A DNA stretch of 42,009 bases from Candidatus Kapaibacterium sp. (GTDB taxonomy: Bacteria > Bacteroidota > Ignavibacteria > Kapaibacteriales > UBA2268). Shown piece by piece: positions 8,183 to 18,400 of the stretch. Below the pieces are notes generated by a model, which did no database searches, was not told the DNA's origin, and saw nothing but the letters and a program-made list of their open reading frames with translations. The stretch's first letter is position 1; every line of letters begins with the position of its first letter. Made by a program: the position numbers and the translations under genes. Where the stretch lies: positions 1-42,009 of the forward strand of contig JAQIDA010000079.1 of the NCBI GenBank assembly GCA_027858275.1, written 5' to 3'.

Positions 8183-8830
8183 CTAATACTCAACGTTAAA
8201 AGATATCGCTATTGAGCCGGTTTGGAGATTTTTGGCGGGTGAAATCTGCATAACAACGACTCCTGATAACTGCCGCTTTGTTTGATTTAATTTTAACATC
8301 AAATACACTTCTATATTGTCTCGTTCGATGAGACGCAATGTCTTTGCTCCCCTAAAATTGCGGACAAGTACTTTGCAATGATCTCTGTCGATATTTGATC
8401 TAACTCTGTTCTTTTGATCGAAGCTTATTGAATCTAACTTAATCTCAAATTTCATAATTCTGTCAATTCTGCCGTGATATTTGGCAAGTATATTTTCCGG
8501 GGCATCATTTTCTCCCGCAAAATGCAATCGAAAAACAGGTTTTTCAGCTCTTGTATCGACAAATACTTTATTCTCAGTAATTTTTGTATAAAAAAACCAA
8601 AACGGATATTCTGAGATGTTTTGCGGGTATGATTCAACAATTGTCTCCCATGTAACAGATTTAACCGCAAGATAATTGTCATGCGAATTTGTGGTATCTT
8701 CAAGAACATTTTTGACGACATTATCATCTATTCCTAAAGCGTCTTCTGCGCAGGATGATAGTAGTGCCGAAAGCATCAATGCCGTTAATATCAATATATA
8801 CAATTTGTTTTTCATAACTTTTTCGTCCAT
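8183..8830 (-). CDS. Hypothetical lipoprotein
   Basis: 215 aa. Signal peptide with lipobox (LMLSALLSS/CAED). No recognisable family. It lies 21 nt downstream of the anti-sigma gene. An alternative start is M6 (8815). Confidence 0.7.
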   Translation of the reverse strand: MDEKVMKNKLYILILTALMLSALLSSCAEDALGIDDNVVKNVLEDTTNSHDNYLAVKSVTWETIVESYPQNISEYPFWFFYTKITENKVFVDTRAEKPVFRLHFAGENDAPENILAKYHGRIDRIMKFEIKLDSISFDQKNRVRSNIDRDHCKVLVRNFRGAKTLRLIERDNIEVYLMLKLNQTKRQLSGVVVMQISPAKNLQTGSIAISFNVEY

Positions 8831-8851
8831 ATTAGAGAGAAATATAATCTG

Positions 8852-10120
8852 TTAAAAATGCCAAATAATGCCGTATTTCATGCCTATAGTTGCGGTTAGA
8901 TCGTTTGTCTTTGACCCGAAATAATCTTTATGATGATATTGCATTCCGTTCAGTTCCGCACCGATTAATACGCCAATATTGCTTGATGCTTTAAACTCTC
9001 CCCCGACAAAAGCTCTATAAATCCAGCTGCCGTTTTCCGGAGCAAGAGACAACATCAACTGAGAATTCAAATTCAGATATTCCCAATCAACTATTTTGTA
9101 CCTAACGCCCAGACCTATACTACTGAAATTAGGATATTGTTCATACTTGTATTTGATCCCGTCATTTTCATAGCCGGAATATACTTGATAGAAGAATTCT
9201 TGCCTAGAGTCAAAGACCAATGACAAATCATTCAGTACTTCATAGGCTATACTGACACCGCTGTTATTGAACAAAGGCTGTTCCGATTGGGAGATTCCCG
9301 CATCTTGTACTGATAAATATTGTCCGCCTTGAAACTCAATCGATAATCCAAGCTGCTCATTAGTCAAGTCATAATCTTCCGCCTGATCAATCAATAAATT
9401 TGTCTGAGGTCTTGAGTTATTGACAAATACATCGAACGAAGGGCTGTGAGAATAATCTCTCGCGGTTTGGAAAGAGGAGGCTCGTTCCGTTATTAACAAA
9501 GGCGCAAGAGATATAGCATTATTATAGTTTTTTGCTTTGTTCTCGATATAGACGGGAACTTCTCGCTCTACAATTCTGTCTCTGTATTTAATAACAACTT
9601 GATTCTTTTTTGAAGATAATTCAGCTAACTCAGACTTTAGTTTTTCAGTTTCTGTAGCGCTTTGCTTCAAATTCAAATATACATCACGATCAACAGCTAC
9701 TTCTGATGCTGCAAGTGTTACTTGATCAGACAGCCCTGTGTTTTCAGCATCACCTGAACCTCTCGGCATCAAAAGAAACATTGCTATGGCGCCGACAGTC
9801 GCGGCGAGAATTGTCGAGATAATACCTGAAGAATGACTGACTATAGATTGCCAAAAACCGGTTTTTGCAGCCACAGTAGCAGCGGCAACACCCGCGCCGC
9901 CGACTCCGGCGATACCGAGTGTTGTAAAAAGACTGTCTGTTACAGCCGCTGACGGTGTGAATGCCGCGCCGTCAAATTGAGCCAATTTTTCAAACTCAAT
10001 GAACTCTTTCATCTCCGAACGTAATCCTTCGTCTGAAGCAAGAGCTTCAAAGAGCTCTTTTTCCTGAGTTTTCCCGAGACTTCCATCGACATAATCGTGT
10101 AATAATGATGAATAATTCAT
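8852..10120 (-). CDS. Anti-sigma factor-like membrane protein with beta-barrel-like C-terminal domain
   Basis: 422 aa, 22 nt downstream of the ECF sigma gene. The N-terminus LLHDYVDGSLGKTQEKELFEALASDEGLRSEMKEF fits the anti-sigma (zf-HC2-like, Cys-less) N-terminal helix pattern. It continues with a Gly/Ala-rich hydrophobic stretch (aa ~60-120), a coiled-coil-like segment (ETEKLKSELAELSSKK), then alternating amphipathic strands ending ..TATIGMKYGIIWHF. Confidence 0.7.
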   Translation of the reverse strand: MNYSSLLHDYVDGSLGKTQEKELFEALASDEGLRSEMKEFIEFEKLAQFDGAAFTPSAAVTDSLFTTLGIAGVGGAGVAAATVAAKTGFWQSIVSHSSGIISTILAATVGAIAMFLLMPRGSGDAENTGLSDQVTLAASEVAVDRDVYLNLKQSATETEKLKSELAELSSKKNQVVIKYRDRIVEREVPVYIENKAKNYNNAISLAPLLITERASSFQTARDYSHSPSFDVFVNNSRPQTNLLIDQAEDYDLTNEQLGLSIEFQGGQYLSVQDAGISQSEQPLFNNSGVSIAYEVLNDLSLVFDSRQEFFYQVYSGYENDGIKYKYEQYPNFSSIGLGVRYKIVDWEYLNLNSQLMLSLAPENGSWIYRAFVGGEFKASSNIGVLIGAELNGMQYHHKDYFGSKTNDLTATIGMKYGIIWHF

Positions 10121-10142
10121 AGTCTATAACCTCTTAATATCT

Positions 10143-10715
10143 CTAATTTTCAATATTTTTATGCAGCTCATCAAAATGGGGCCGTAATATTTCTTTGATC
10201 TTTTGCTTAGCTCGGAATGCCCTTTTTCTTGCATTTGCTACAGATATACCACATATCTCACTTATTTCCTGATATTGCAAGCCGTCATACAATCGAAGGA
10301 CTAATACTTCCCTCAATTCAAAATCTAATAAATCGAGTGAGGCTTTGATCAATTTCATAGTCTCTGATCGTTCGATAGAGCTGTCAGCATTCAAGACATA
10401 AAGGTAATCCTCAAACGGCACTGTTGCTTTCTTGTCTCTTTTATAATTTAAGCACAAGTTTCTTGCAATTGTTATCAAAAATCCGGGTACACTTCCTTTT
10501 AAGACAGGTTGTGCCTTGTTGTAGAACCTTACGAATGTTTCTTGAAAAATATCTTCTGCATCCTCATGATTCTGCAAGACCCTTAAACAATAAGCGTGTA
10601 CTTTAGGAGCATACCGAGCATAAAGCACTTTGAAAGCTTCGTCTTTGACGGATTTGTCATCTCCGAACAAGACAATTAGTTCATTGTCGCTGTATTTTGA
10701 TATAGTTTTTCGCAA
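10143..10715 (-). CDS. ECF-type RNA polymerase sigma factor (sigma-70 family, regions 2 and 4)
   Basis: Region 2 is DAEDIFQETFVRFY...FLITIARNLCLNYKRDKK. Region 4 HTH is REVLVLRLYDGLQYQEISEICGISVANARKRAFRAKQKIKE. 190 aa. Confidence 0.9.
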   Translation of the reverse strand: MRKTISKYSDNELIVLFGDDKSVKDEAFKVLYARYAPKVHAYCLRVLQNHEDAEDIFQETFVRFYNKAQPVLKGSVPGFLITIARNLCLNYKRDKKATVPFEDYLYVLNADSSIERSETMKLIKASLDLLDFELREVLVLRLYDGLQYQEISEICGISVANARKRAFRAKQKIKEILRPHFDELHKNIEN

Positions 10716-11049
10716 AGTATCTTTCTCGACTTACATACTTCCATTATCAACATATACACATGAGATTTATTTTGTGACATATAATGAATGTTTTTTTATT
10801 CAGATATTGAAATAGGTTTTTCTAACAAACATGTGATCAACAAGCATAATGTGCTTACATGTGTTCCGGAAATATTCTCGACAAAAAATAGTTTCAACAT
10901 CATTCTTCTGTTCAATTCAACCAATTGAAACATGTTATAATACGCTATTCGAATATATGTACCAAATATACTGACTTTTTTACAATACTGACGAGGACCT
11001 GTCGTTTTTCAAAACCATATCAGCACGATGTTGCAGGTATGACAAAAGT

Positions 11050-13023
11050 ATGTTCAACATAATTGTCCTTAAGATGTATAAAACTCTTCTCAGTTCGCTG
11101 ATTTTGTTGTTTGCTTTCACCTGTACTTCATCGTCAATTGATCTTGATAATGTTGTAACAGACAGTGTGCTTGTAAGTGCGAAAAGGATTCCGGAGATAT
11201 ATTCTCAAACCTCGAGAATTGTAAGTATTATTACAAAAGATGAATTCGCGAACGCTCCTGTTCACACTGTTCAGGGACTGTTGGAACATACTGCGAGTGT
11301 AGACGTTCGTCAACGCGGATCGGATGGCTCTCAGGCCGAGATAAGTCTTCGAGGCGGGTCTTTTGAGCAAACCCTTATTCTGCTCAACGGAGTGCCTATA
11401 AACGACCCGCAAACGGGACATCACAATATGAATCTTCCGATAGATATTGAAGCAATCGACAGGATTGAGATATTGGAAGGCCCGGGATCGAGGGTTTTCG
11501 GAGCAAACGCATTCGCCGGAGCCGTGAATATTATCACGGGGGAAAGAAAGAAAAGCTCTGTAAGAGTCTCAGGCTCAGCAGCCCAAGACAATGCTTATAA
11601 AATGTCAATATCTGCAAACGGGAAATTGGATAATTGGAACAATTTTCTCTCATTAAGCAAGATCGGCACGGACGGATATTATAAAAACACTGATCTTCAA
11701 TCGCTGAATTTCTTTTATCAGACTTCGTTATTGACCGAAATCGGAAATTTTGACGCACAAGCCGGGCATACGGACAAATCATTCGGAGCCAACAGTTTTT
11801 ATACGCCTGCTTATCCGGAACAATTTGAACAGACGAAAACAACATTTGCGAGCATGAAATATGCCGGCGGTGAAACAATTCGTTATTCAGCTCTCTTGTT
11901 TTGGAGAAAACATGATGATCGATTTGAATTGTTCAGAACAAATCCTGCCGCGTGGTACAGCGGCCATAATTATCATGAAACTCAAGTCTACGGCGGTCAA
12001 ATTAATTTTAGCTATGAATCTTTCCTCGGCACTACTTCGGTCGGAGGCGAATGGAAAGTTGATCAGATTAACAGCAATAAACTCGGTATTCTTACCGGAG
12101 ATACTGTCAAAGTTCCGGGAGAACCGGACGGTTATTTCACAAAATATGATCTGACAAAAAACAGAAGTATATTTTTCGAGCATGATTGGAAATCAGATCG
12201 TTTAGCAATTTCTGCCGGAGCGTTTTTCAATTGGAATTCAAAGTATGATTGGAATGTCTATCCCGGAATTGATATGAGTTATAAATTGAATGATAAATTC
12301 AAGCTTATCGCTTCAGTCAACAAATCGGTAAGAATGCCTTCTTATACTGACCTATACTATGTCGGGCCGACCAACTCAGGTAATATCAATCTAATTCCCG
12401 AAGAATCTTTAACTTATGAAATCGGAGCAAAGTACCTTTCCAAAGGAATAGATGCTCGGCTGTCTGTTTTCAGACGCGAAGGGACAAATATCATAGATTG
12501 GGTCAAAGACAGCGTTCATTTCAAATGGGAGAGTCAAAATCTAACGGCAGTAAACGCGCTCGGAATTAGCGCAGGGATTAAAATTAATCCTAAACAATTG
12601 CTTGGCATTGATGTCTTTACTGACTTTTTCAAGATAAACTTTACTTGGCTAGACATGGACAAATCAAGTGAATATACGCTTTCGAAGTACTCAATGGACA
12701 ATTTGAAACACAATCTTTCAATATCCGCGCAACACAGTATATGGGAGGAGCTCGGTGTTAATTGGAGTGTGATTGTCCATGACAGAATGGGTACGTTCCC
12801 GGCATATGAAAATTATATAGCAGTCAAAGATGTTGACGGCAATCAAGTTTTCAAAGAATTTGTTCCTTATGCTTTGATCAACCTGAGTCTGTATTACAAA
12901 TGGAGCTCATTCCGTATTTACGCGGATGTGAATAATCTCACGGATCAAGATTATTTTGATATATCCAATGTAGTATTGCCGGGAAGAAAATTTAGAATAG
13001 GATTTAGTGCTGAATTAGAATAA
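11050..13023 (+). CDS. TonB-dependent outer-membrane receptor (plug + 22-strand barrel type), substrate unknown
   Basis: Plug motifs are SRIVSIITKDEF..VHTVQGLLEHTASVDVRQRG...ISLRGGSFEQTLILLNGVPINDPQTGHHN...IDRIEILEGPGSRVFGANAFAGAVNIIT, followed by a long barrel region. There is no N-terminal signalling (STN) extension. The alternative start M9 (11074, MYKTLLSS..) gives a cleaner signal peptide. Confidence 0.85.
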   Translation: MFNIIVLKMYKTLLSSLILLFAFTCTSSSIDLDNVVTDSVLVSAKRIPEIYSQTSRIVSIITKDEFANAPVHTVQGLLEHTASVDVRQRGSDGSQAEISLRGGSFEQTLILLNGVPINDPQTGHHNMNLPIDIEAIDRIEILEGPGSRVFGANAFAGAVNIITGERKKSSVRVSGSAAQDNAYKMSISANGKLDNWNNFLSLSKIGTDGYYKNTDLQSLNFFYQTSLLTEIGNFDAQAGHTDKSFGANSFYTPAYPEQFEQTKTTFASMKYAGGETIRYSALLFWRKHDDRFELFRTNPAAWYSGHNYHETQVYGGQINFSYESFLGTTSVGGEWKVDQINSNKLGILTGDTVKVPGEPDGYFTKYDLTKNRSIFFEHDWKSDRLAISAGAFFNWNSKYDWNVYPGIDMSYKLNDKFKLIASVNKSVRMPSYTDLYYVGPTNSGNINLIPEESLTYEIGAKYLSKGIDARLSVFRREGTNIIDWVKDSVHFKWESQNLTAVNALGISAGIKINPKQLLGIDVFTDFFKINFTWLDMDKSSEYTLSKYSMDNLKHNLSISAQHSIWEELGVNWSVIVHDRMGTFPAYENYIAVKDVDGNQVFKEFVPYALINLSLYYKWSSFRIYADVNNLTDQDYFDISNVVLPGRKFRIGFSAELE

Positions 13024-13107
13024 AGAATAATCTTTTTGCTTAGTATTAATATTATCTCTACATTGTATCTTTTCAAATACATTTTTAAAACAAGAAAATA
13101 AGCAACT

Positions 13108-14214
13108 ATGACAATGCCCGGCAAATGGACTATAGATGATGTTCTTGAACTGACCTATTTCAAAAAAGCCACTCCGCTGATAATTAAAGAAATCGTTGAA
13201 AAATATGACTCTTTCGAACATTTCAATGAAGCTGTTTTGTCGGATAAACTGTCTGTTATTTTCAGACAAGAGAGTTTGTTCTCAGATGCTTCAGCCAATA
13301 AAAAAGATTTGGTAGAGGAACAAAAAGAAATCTGCGAAAAAAACGGATACTCAATAATCAGCCTATGGGACGAAGAATACCCTTATTTACTCAAGAATAT
13401 CCATACTCCTCCCGTAATTCTTTTTGTTTGCGGAAAGTTGCAACATTCTAATTCCGTATCTGTGGCTATTGTCGGAAAACGAGAATGCTCTGACACAGGT
13501 CGAAAAAACGCAAGAGAATTCTCTTCGTTTTTTGCCTCTCGTAATGTCATAGTATGCAGCGGTTTGGCAAAAGGAGTTGATACTGTTTCTCACAAATCTG
13601 CCATACGCTCCTCAGGTGTTACTTATGCCGTCATTGCTTCAGGACTCGACAAAATATCCCCGAAAAGCATGAAGGAAAATGCTGATGAAATAGTTGAATC
13701 CGGCGGTGCGATTATCACTGAATACAAATGCGGCGTTTCGGCAAAACAGGCCTATTTCCTCTATCGCAACAGAATTATCAGCGGTATTTCAAAATGCGCG
13801 ATAATTATCGAAAGCGCACTCAAAGGCGGCAGTTTGAATACCGCGAGCAATGCCTTGAATGAATCCCGGGAAGTATATGCAGTGCCGGGAGACATACATT
13901 CAGAACAGAGCAAAGGCTGCAATATGCTTATTAAAAAAGGAGCGGCTGCAATAGCACTGTCGCCTCAATCAGTGTTTGAAGAGCTGGGATTCTCTGAAAA
14001 CGGCGAGACTGTAACTCAAACGATCGCCCCGCCTCCTGACTTAGACGAAAAAGAGAAAATCATCTATGATCTGATAGGCAATTCAACGATTCATATTGAC
14101 GAGATCAGCCGTAAATCAGGTATAGCAATTTCAGAATTATCAGTAAAACTGCTTGTAATGGAATTCAAGGATATTATCAAACAATTACCGGGCAATAATT
14201 ATTCATTATATTGA
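13108..14214 (+). CDS. dprA: DNA processing protein DprA (Smf)
   Basis: Rossmann-like core motifs: VAIVGKRECSDTGRKNA, VIVCSGLAKGVDTVSHKSA, YAVIASGLDKISPK, YFLYRNRIISGIS, IIIESALKGGSLNTASNALNESREVYAVPGDI...GCNMLIKKGA. It has a C-terminal winged-helix-like tail. Confidence 0.9.
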   Translation: MTMPGKWTIDDVLELTYFKKATPLIIKEIVEKYDSFEHFNEAVLSDKLSVIFRQESLFSDASANKKDLVEEQKEICEKNGYSIISLWDEEYPYLLKNIHTPPVILFVCGKLQHSNSVSVAIVGKRECSDTGRKNAREFSSFFASRNVIVCSGLAKGVDTVSHKSAIRSSGVTYAVIASGLDKISPKSMKENADEIVESGGAIITEYKCGVSAKQAYFLYRNRIISGISKCAIIIESALKGGSLNTASNALNESREVYAVPGDIHSEQSKGCNMLIKKGAAAIALSPQSVFEELGFSENGETVTQTIAPPPDLDEKEKIIYDLIGNSTIHIDEISRKSGIAISELSVKLLVMEFKDIIKQLPGNNYSLY

Positions 14215-14324
14215 TTCGGATTTTGATATAGCTTCCGCTAAATACTTTTTTGAATTGAACGAAAAAACCGGTAGTTTGCAACCGATTGTACCCTATTTAT
14301 GAATTATAAATTAGAGATTGAATT

Positions 14325-15320
14325 ATGACTGAATCTATAGACTACGAAAAACAATACATCGAACTCCTCGGGAAAGCGGAAAAATATATTTTTGATTTTA
14401 TCCCCGTCTCGGAACCAAAAGAAATCTATGAACCGTTTAAATATATCGTATCAGGCGGAGGCAAACGCATTCGCCCGGTTTTGGCGATGATCAGCGCGGG
14501 AGCAGTCGGCGGTCAACCGGAGGATGCCCTGAAATCTGCAGCTTCAATAGAAATCTTGCACAATTTCACACTTGTCCATGATGATATAATGGACGAGTCT
14601 CCCGTCAGACGCAGTCGCGACACAGTTCATATCAAATGGGACGAACCCACAGCTATTCTATCAGGAGATCTGATGGTCGGATATGCTTACAAAGTGCTTC
14701 CGTCTACTCAAGAACACGAAAGGTCTGCTTATATTCTCAATGCTCTTACTAATGCGTTGATTGAAGTCTGTGAAGGTCAGGCATATGACATGAAATTCAA
14801 TGAGCGAGGCGATGTGAGTTATGATGAATATTTGTTGATGATCGAAAAGAAAACTTCTCGTTTACTGGAAACAGCTGCTGTAATGGGCGGTCACTCCGGG
14901 CTGGGAACGGATGAACAGATCAAAGCACTTGAGAAATATGCCTACAATGTCGGTATCGCTTTCCAAATTCAGGACGATTTACTTGATATTACTGCCGATC
15001 AAGATATACTTGGCAAAACTATTGGCTTGGATATTGTCGAAGGCAAAAAGACCTATTTGATTATCAAATGTATAGAAAAAGCTACATCTCCCGAACATAA
15101 AGAGCTACTGAAAAGATTCACTGAAAACTGCGGGCTTTCATTAGAGGACGTTCCTGTGATGAAAAGCATGATGGAAAACCTCGGCGTCCTAAATGATGCA
15201 GGAAAAACTTCTGAAAAATATTTCAATCAAGCATTGGAGAGCCTGAACGGCATGCCGGATAATGAATACACGGAAATGCTTAAATGGTTGGTTCATAAGC
15301 TGAACAAGAGAAATTATTGA
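14325..15320 (+). CDS. Polyprenyl (trans-isoprenyl) diphosphate synthase family protein
   Basis: First Asp-rich motif LVHDDIMDESPVRRSRDT, second Asp-rich motif FQIQDDLLDI, and GKRIRP near the N-terminus. Product chain length cannot be read from the sequence alone. Confidence 0.85.
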   Translation: MTESIDYEKQYIELLGKAEKYIFDFIPVSEPKEIYEPFKYIVSGGGKRIRPVLAMISAGAVGGQPEDALKSAASIEILHNFTLVHDDIMDESPVRRSRDTVHIKWDEPTAILSGDLMVGYAYKVLPSTQEHERSAYILNALTNALIEVCEGQAYDMKFNERGDVSYDEYLLMIEKKTSRLLETAAVMGGHSGLGTDEQIKALEKYAYNVGIAFQIQDDLLDITADQDILGKTIGLDIVEGKKTYLIIKCIEKATSPEHKELLKRFTENCGLSLEDVPVMKSMMENLGVLNDAGKTSEKYFNQALESLNGMPDNEYTEMLKWLVHKLNKRNY

Positions 15321-15415
15321 GAGGATTGAAAACCTTCGACAAGGTTTCCGGAACAGCAGGGGACGAGAATCTTATTTTCTAATGAAAATTCAGAAACATT
15401 AAACCGGCAAACAGA

Positions 15416-18400
15416 ATGGCGCAAATACTCTGCAACAGAGCTTTCGATATAAACAATCAGCACTTGAGTCCTGAGGCGATGATTGAGGATGCAATCCAAA
15501 ACGACGAACTCAATTCATTCGTTCTCGTTGTACCGACTGCCAAGCATGTCCGCCGCTTTCAACTAAAAATTATCAATGAGTATTTTGATCGGAAAAAGAA
15601 ACCAACCCCGAAGTTGAATATTTTCACTTTGTCGGAGTTAGTTAAGCATTGCTTTTTCAAATATAAGTCTTCATCGGAATATAAAATTATTTCTGACGCA
15701 TACAGACTGTCTCTTTTTGAAGAGGCTTTTGAAAACGCGGATATTAAATTTCTGTTAAAACTGGGGACACGTGTCTCCCCTGCTATTTTGCAGCGTGTTG
15801 CAGGAATTGTGAGCGGACTGAAAGAAGACGGTATAACAGTTCATAAACTCAAACAAGATATTGCTCATGCGATCGAAGAAAACGACGAAAAAACGGATAT
15901 CAAACGATTAACTGACATTTGCTCTGTTTATGAGCAATATCAGAAACTACTCGCCGGCAAATACCTCGATGAGCCGGAACTTTTGAATTTAACAATCAAT
16001 GAATTTATAGATCCTATAGCTCAACAGGAATTGTTCAACAATGAAAAATCAGATGATCTCAAAGGCATAGAAAAACTCAATAATGTTTTTGATGACATTA
16101 AAACAATAATGATATACGGATTCAGCGAATTCAAATATCCGGAAACAGAGTTCCTGTCTTTATTCTCGAAAAGCAATATCCCGACCGCGATTCATATTGA
16201 TTATTCTGTGAAAAACGGGCCTTTGTTCGGTAATCTTGAGAACAGTATCATCTCATTGTCTGACAGGGGTTTCCAATTATATTCACTCTCTGACTCGGAT
16301 ACTAATGAATCAAGCCCCTCATTCTTTTTGAGAAAATATCTGTTTAGAAATGATACTAAGGTTTGTAACGACCGGCTTGCCTCATCAATAAAAGTGATCA
16401 AAGCAGAGAATCGTCAGGACGAGGTCAAATCAATCACGAAGCTCGTGAAATATCTTTTGACTTCGGAAAAACTTCACATGTCGGATATTTGCGTTTGTAT
16501 GCGCCGACCGAATCTTTATTCTGAAATGTTCCGCGAGAGTTTTGCGCTCAGCGAGATGCCGGTCAACATCAGCGATCGGTTTTCTATGGCAAATTCATCT
16601 GTAGTAACATCTGTTTTCGCTATTTTGGATATAGTTTCCAAAGATTTTCTGCGAGAAGATGTCCACCGAGCCGCCGAAAGTCCTTATTTGAGTTATAAGT
16701 TCGAGAACGGCAAAAAGGAACATGTTATCGACAGCAAGAATCTCTATAATTCAGCTTTGAAAATGCGTGTCAGAGGCGGTTTTCGAAGGGGAGGATCAAA
16801 ATCATGGATCAGTATTTTTGAATTCGGGATCAAACTCAAAGAAAAAATAATCAAAAATCCCGGAAGCAGCGATCCTTACGCCGCAGGAAATCTGCGAAAC
16901 GAAATTAAGCAGTTACGGAAAGCCCTTGAAGATATTAAGATATTAAAAGAAATGCTTCCTTGGGAAAACAAGGAATTCCTTCCCGATGAATTCAGCAATA
17001 TTATCAAAACAGGAATTATCACTCAATTCAATGTTAGAAAAAACTTAAGCGATAAATACCATAACACATTAGAACATCAAGCGGATAAGAGTGATACGCA
17101 AAAAATCTTTGTGCTCGATCAGATTGAGAAAGAGGCTCGGGCCTTGTCAGAACTGATAAACTTGATTGATGAAATGACCTATATTTTATCTGATCGCTAC
17201 CCCGGTAAAAAGTTCAAAATTGAAGAATATGTCAAACGTTTCAAAACAGCCGTTAGCGGAGAGAAACATCAGATTCGCGAGAAACAGGATTACGGAGTAA
17301 ACATTACTTCAGTCGAACAAACTAGGGGCATCCCTTACAAAGCATCGATCCTGTGCGGCGCTCTCGACGGAGAATTCCCGATTACATATCGCCCGGAATC
17401 TTTCCTCGGTAAAGAACTGCCGGAAACGGAGATCAGACATATTCACGCCGAACGAATTAAGTTCTATCAATTTCTGACGAATAATCCGGACGCTTTGGAT
17501 TCGGGAGAAAATCAGATATTTATCACATATCCACGAATGAAAGACGCCGAGGAACTGGTCAAATCACCGTTTATTGATGCTCTTTATAAAATATCAACGA
17601 TTGAAAAAAATAACAAGGTCTATGATCTCACAGAGATTCGCAAAGCGATTGATTCCGGATCGGACGACGAAAACTTGATACAACAATATGCTGAAATCCC
17701 CTGGTGTCGAGCTATAACTGATAAAGAAGAGCTTACGAAACATATCAGCGACGGAACTATAGGCACGGACCAGTTAGATTCAACAGATGATTTAAATTTG
17801 GACTATTTGAAATTCGTCTTAGATATTTCTAATAAATCTGAAACTACAATAGATAAAACTCAATTATCAGAAGCCGTAAACGATCAGATCGAAAATTTTA
17901 AAACAAAGATATATTCCGTATCCGAATTGGAATCTTACGCCAAATGTCCCTACAAATACTTTCTCACACGATTCCTGCAACTCGATGATATATCAGAGGA
18001 AGATGACATGCTCTCCCCTATGGAACGTGGCAATGTCTATCATGAGATTTTATATAAATTCTTCACGACTCTTCAAAGTAAAATCAAAAACACTCCTAAT
18101 ATGATAATGCCGAATAACCCGGATCTGCCTCCGATTATTCCGGTAATACTTGATCCTTTGAAAAAGGATAAATACTTAAAATTATTACGAGATATTGCCG
18201 AGGAAGAACTCAATCGTATTCGATTCGATCATCCCTTCTTTGAGATTGAAGAAGACGAAATGCTCGGCACGGAATCACATAAAGGCTTGTTAGAAATATG
18301 GTTGAACGCGGAACTTGAACGTGTTCAAAAAGATGAATTTCAATATCTGCCGGCATTATTTGAGTTCGGTTTCGGTATGAGTTCAAAACATTCTGACAAA

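Noticed and set aside
10716-11049. Possible cobalamin or other riboswitch in front of the TonB-dependent receptor, and FecI/FecR-type cell-surface signalling with the neighbouring ECF sigma.
   Set aside because: I could find no B12-box-like GCCACTG core or other riboswitch core. The receptor has no N-terminal signalling (STN) extension, and the anti-sigma is not FecR-like. The divergent arrangement alone is not evidence.
12985-13023. The TonB-dependent receptor ends ..FRIGFSAELE rather than with the usual terminal aromatic residue.
   Set aside because: The reading frame is otherwise intact and full length. A non-aromatic terminus is not enough to call a pseudogene or misassembly.
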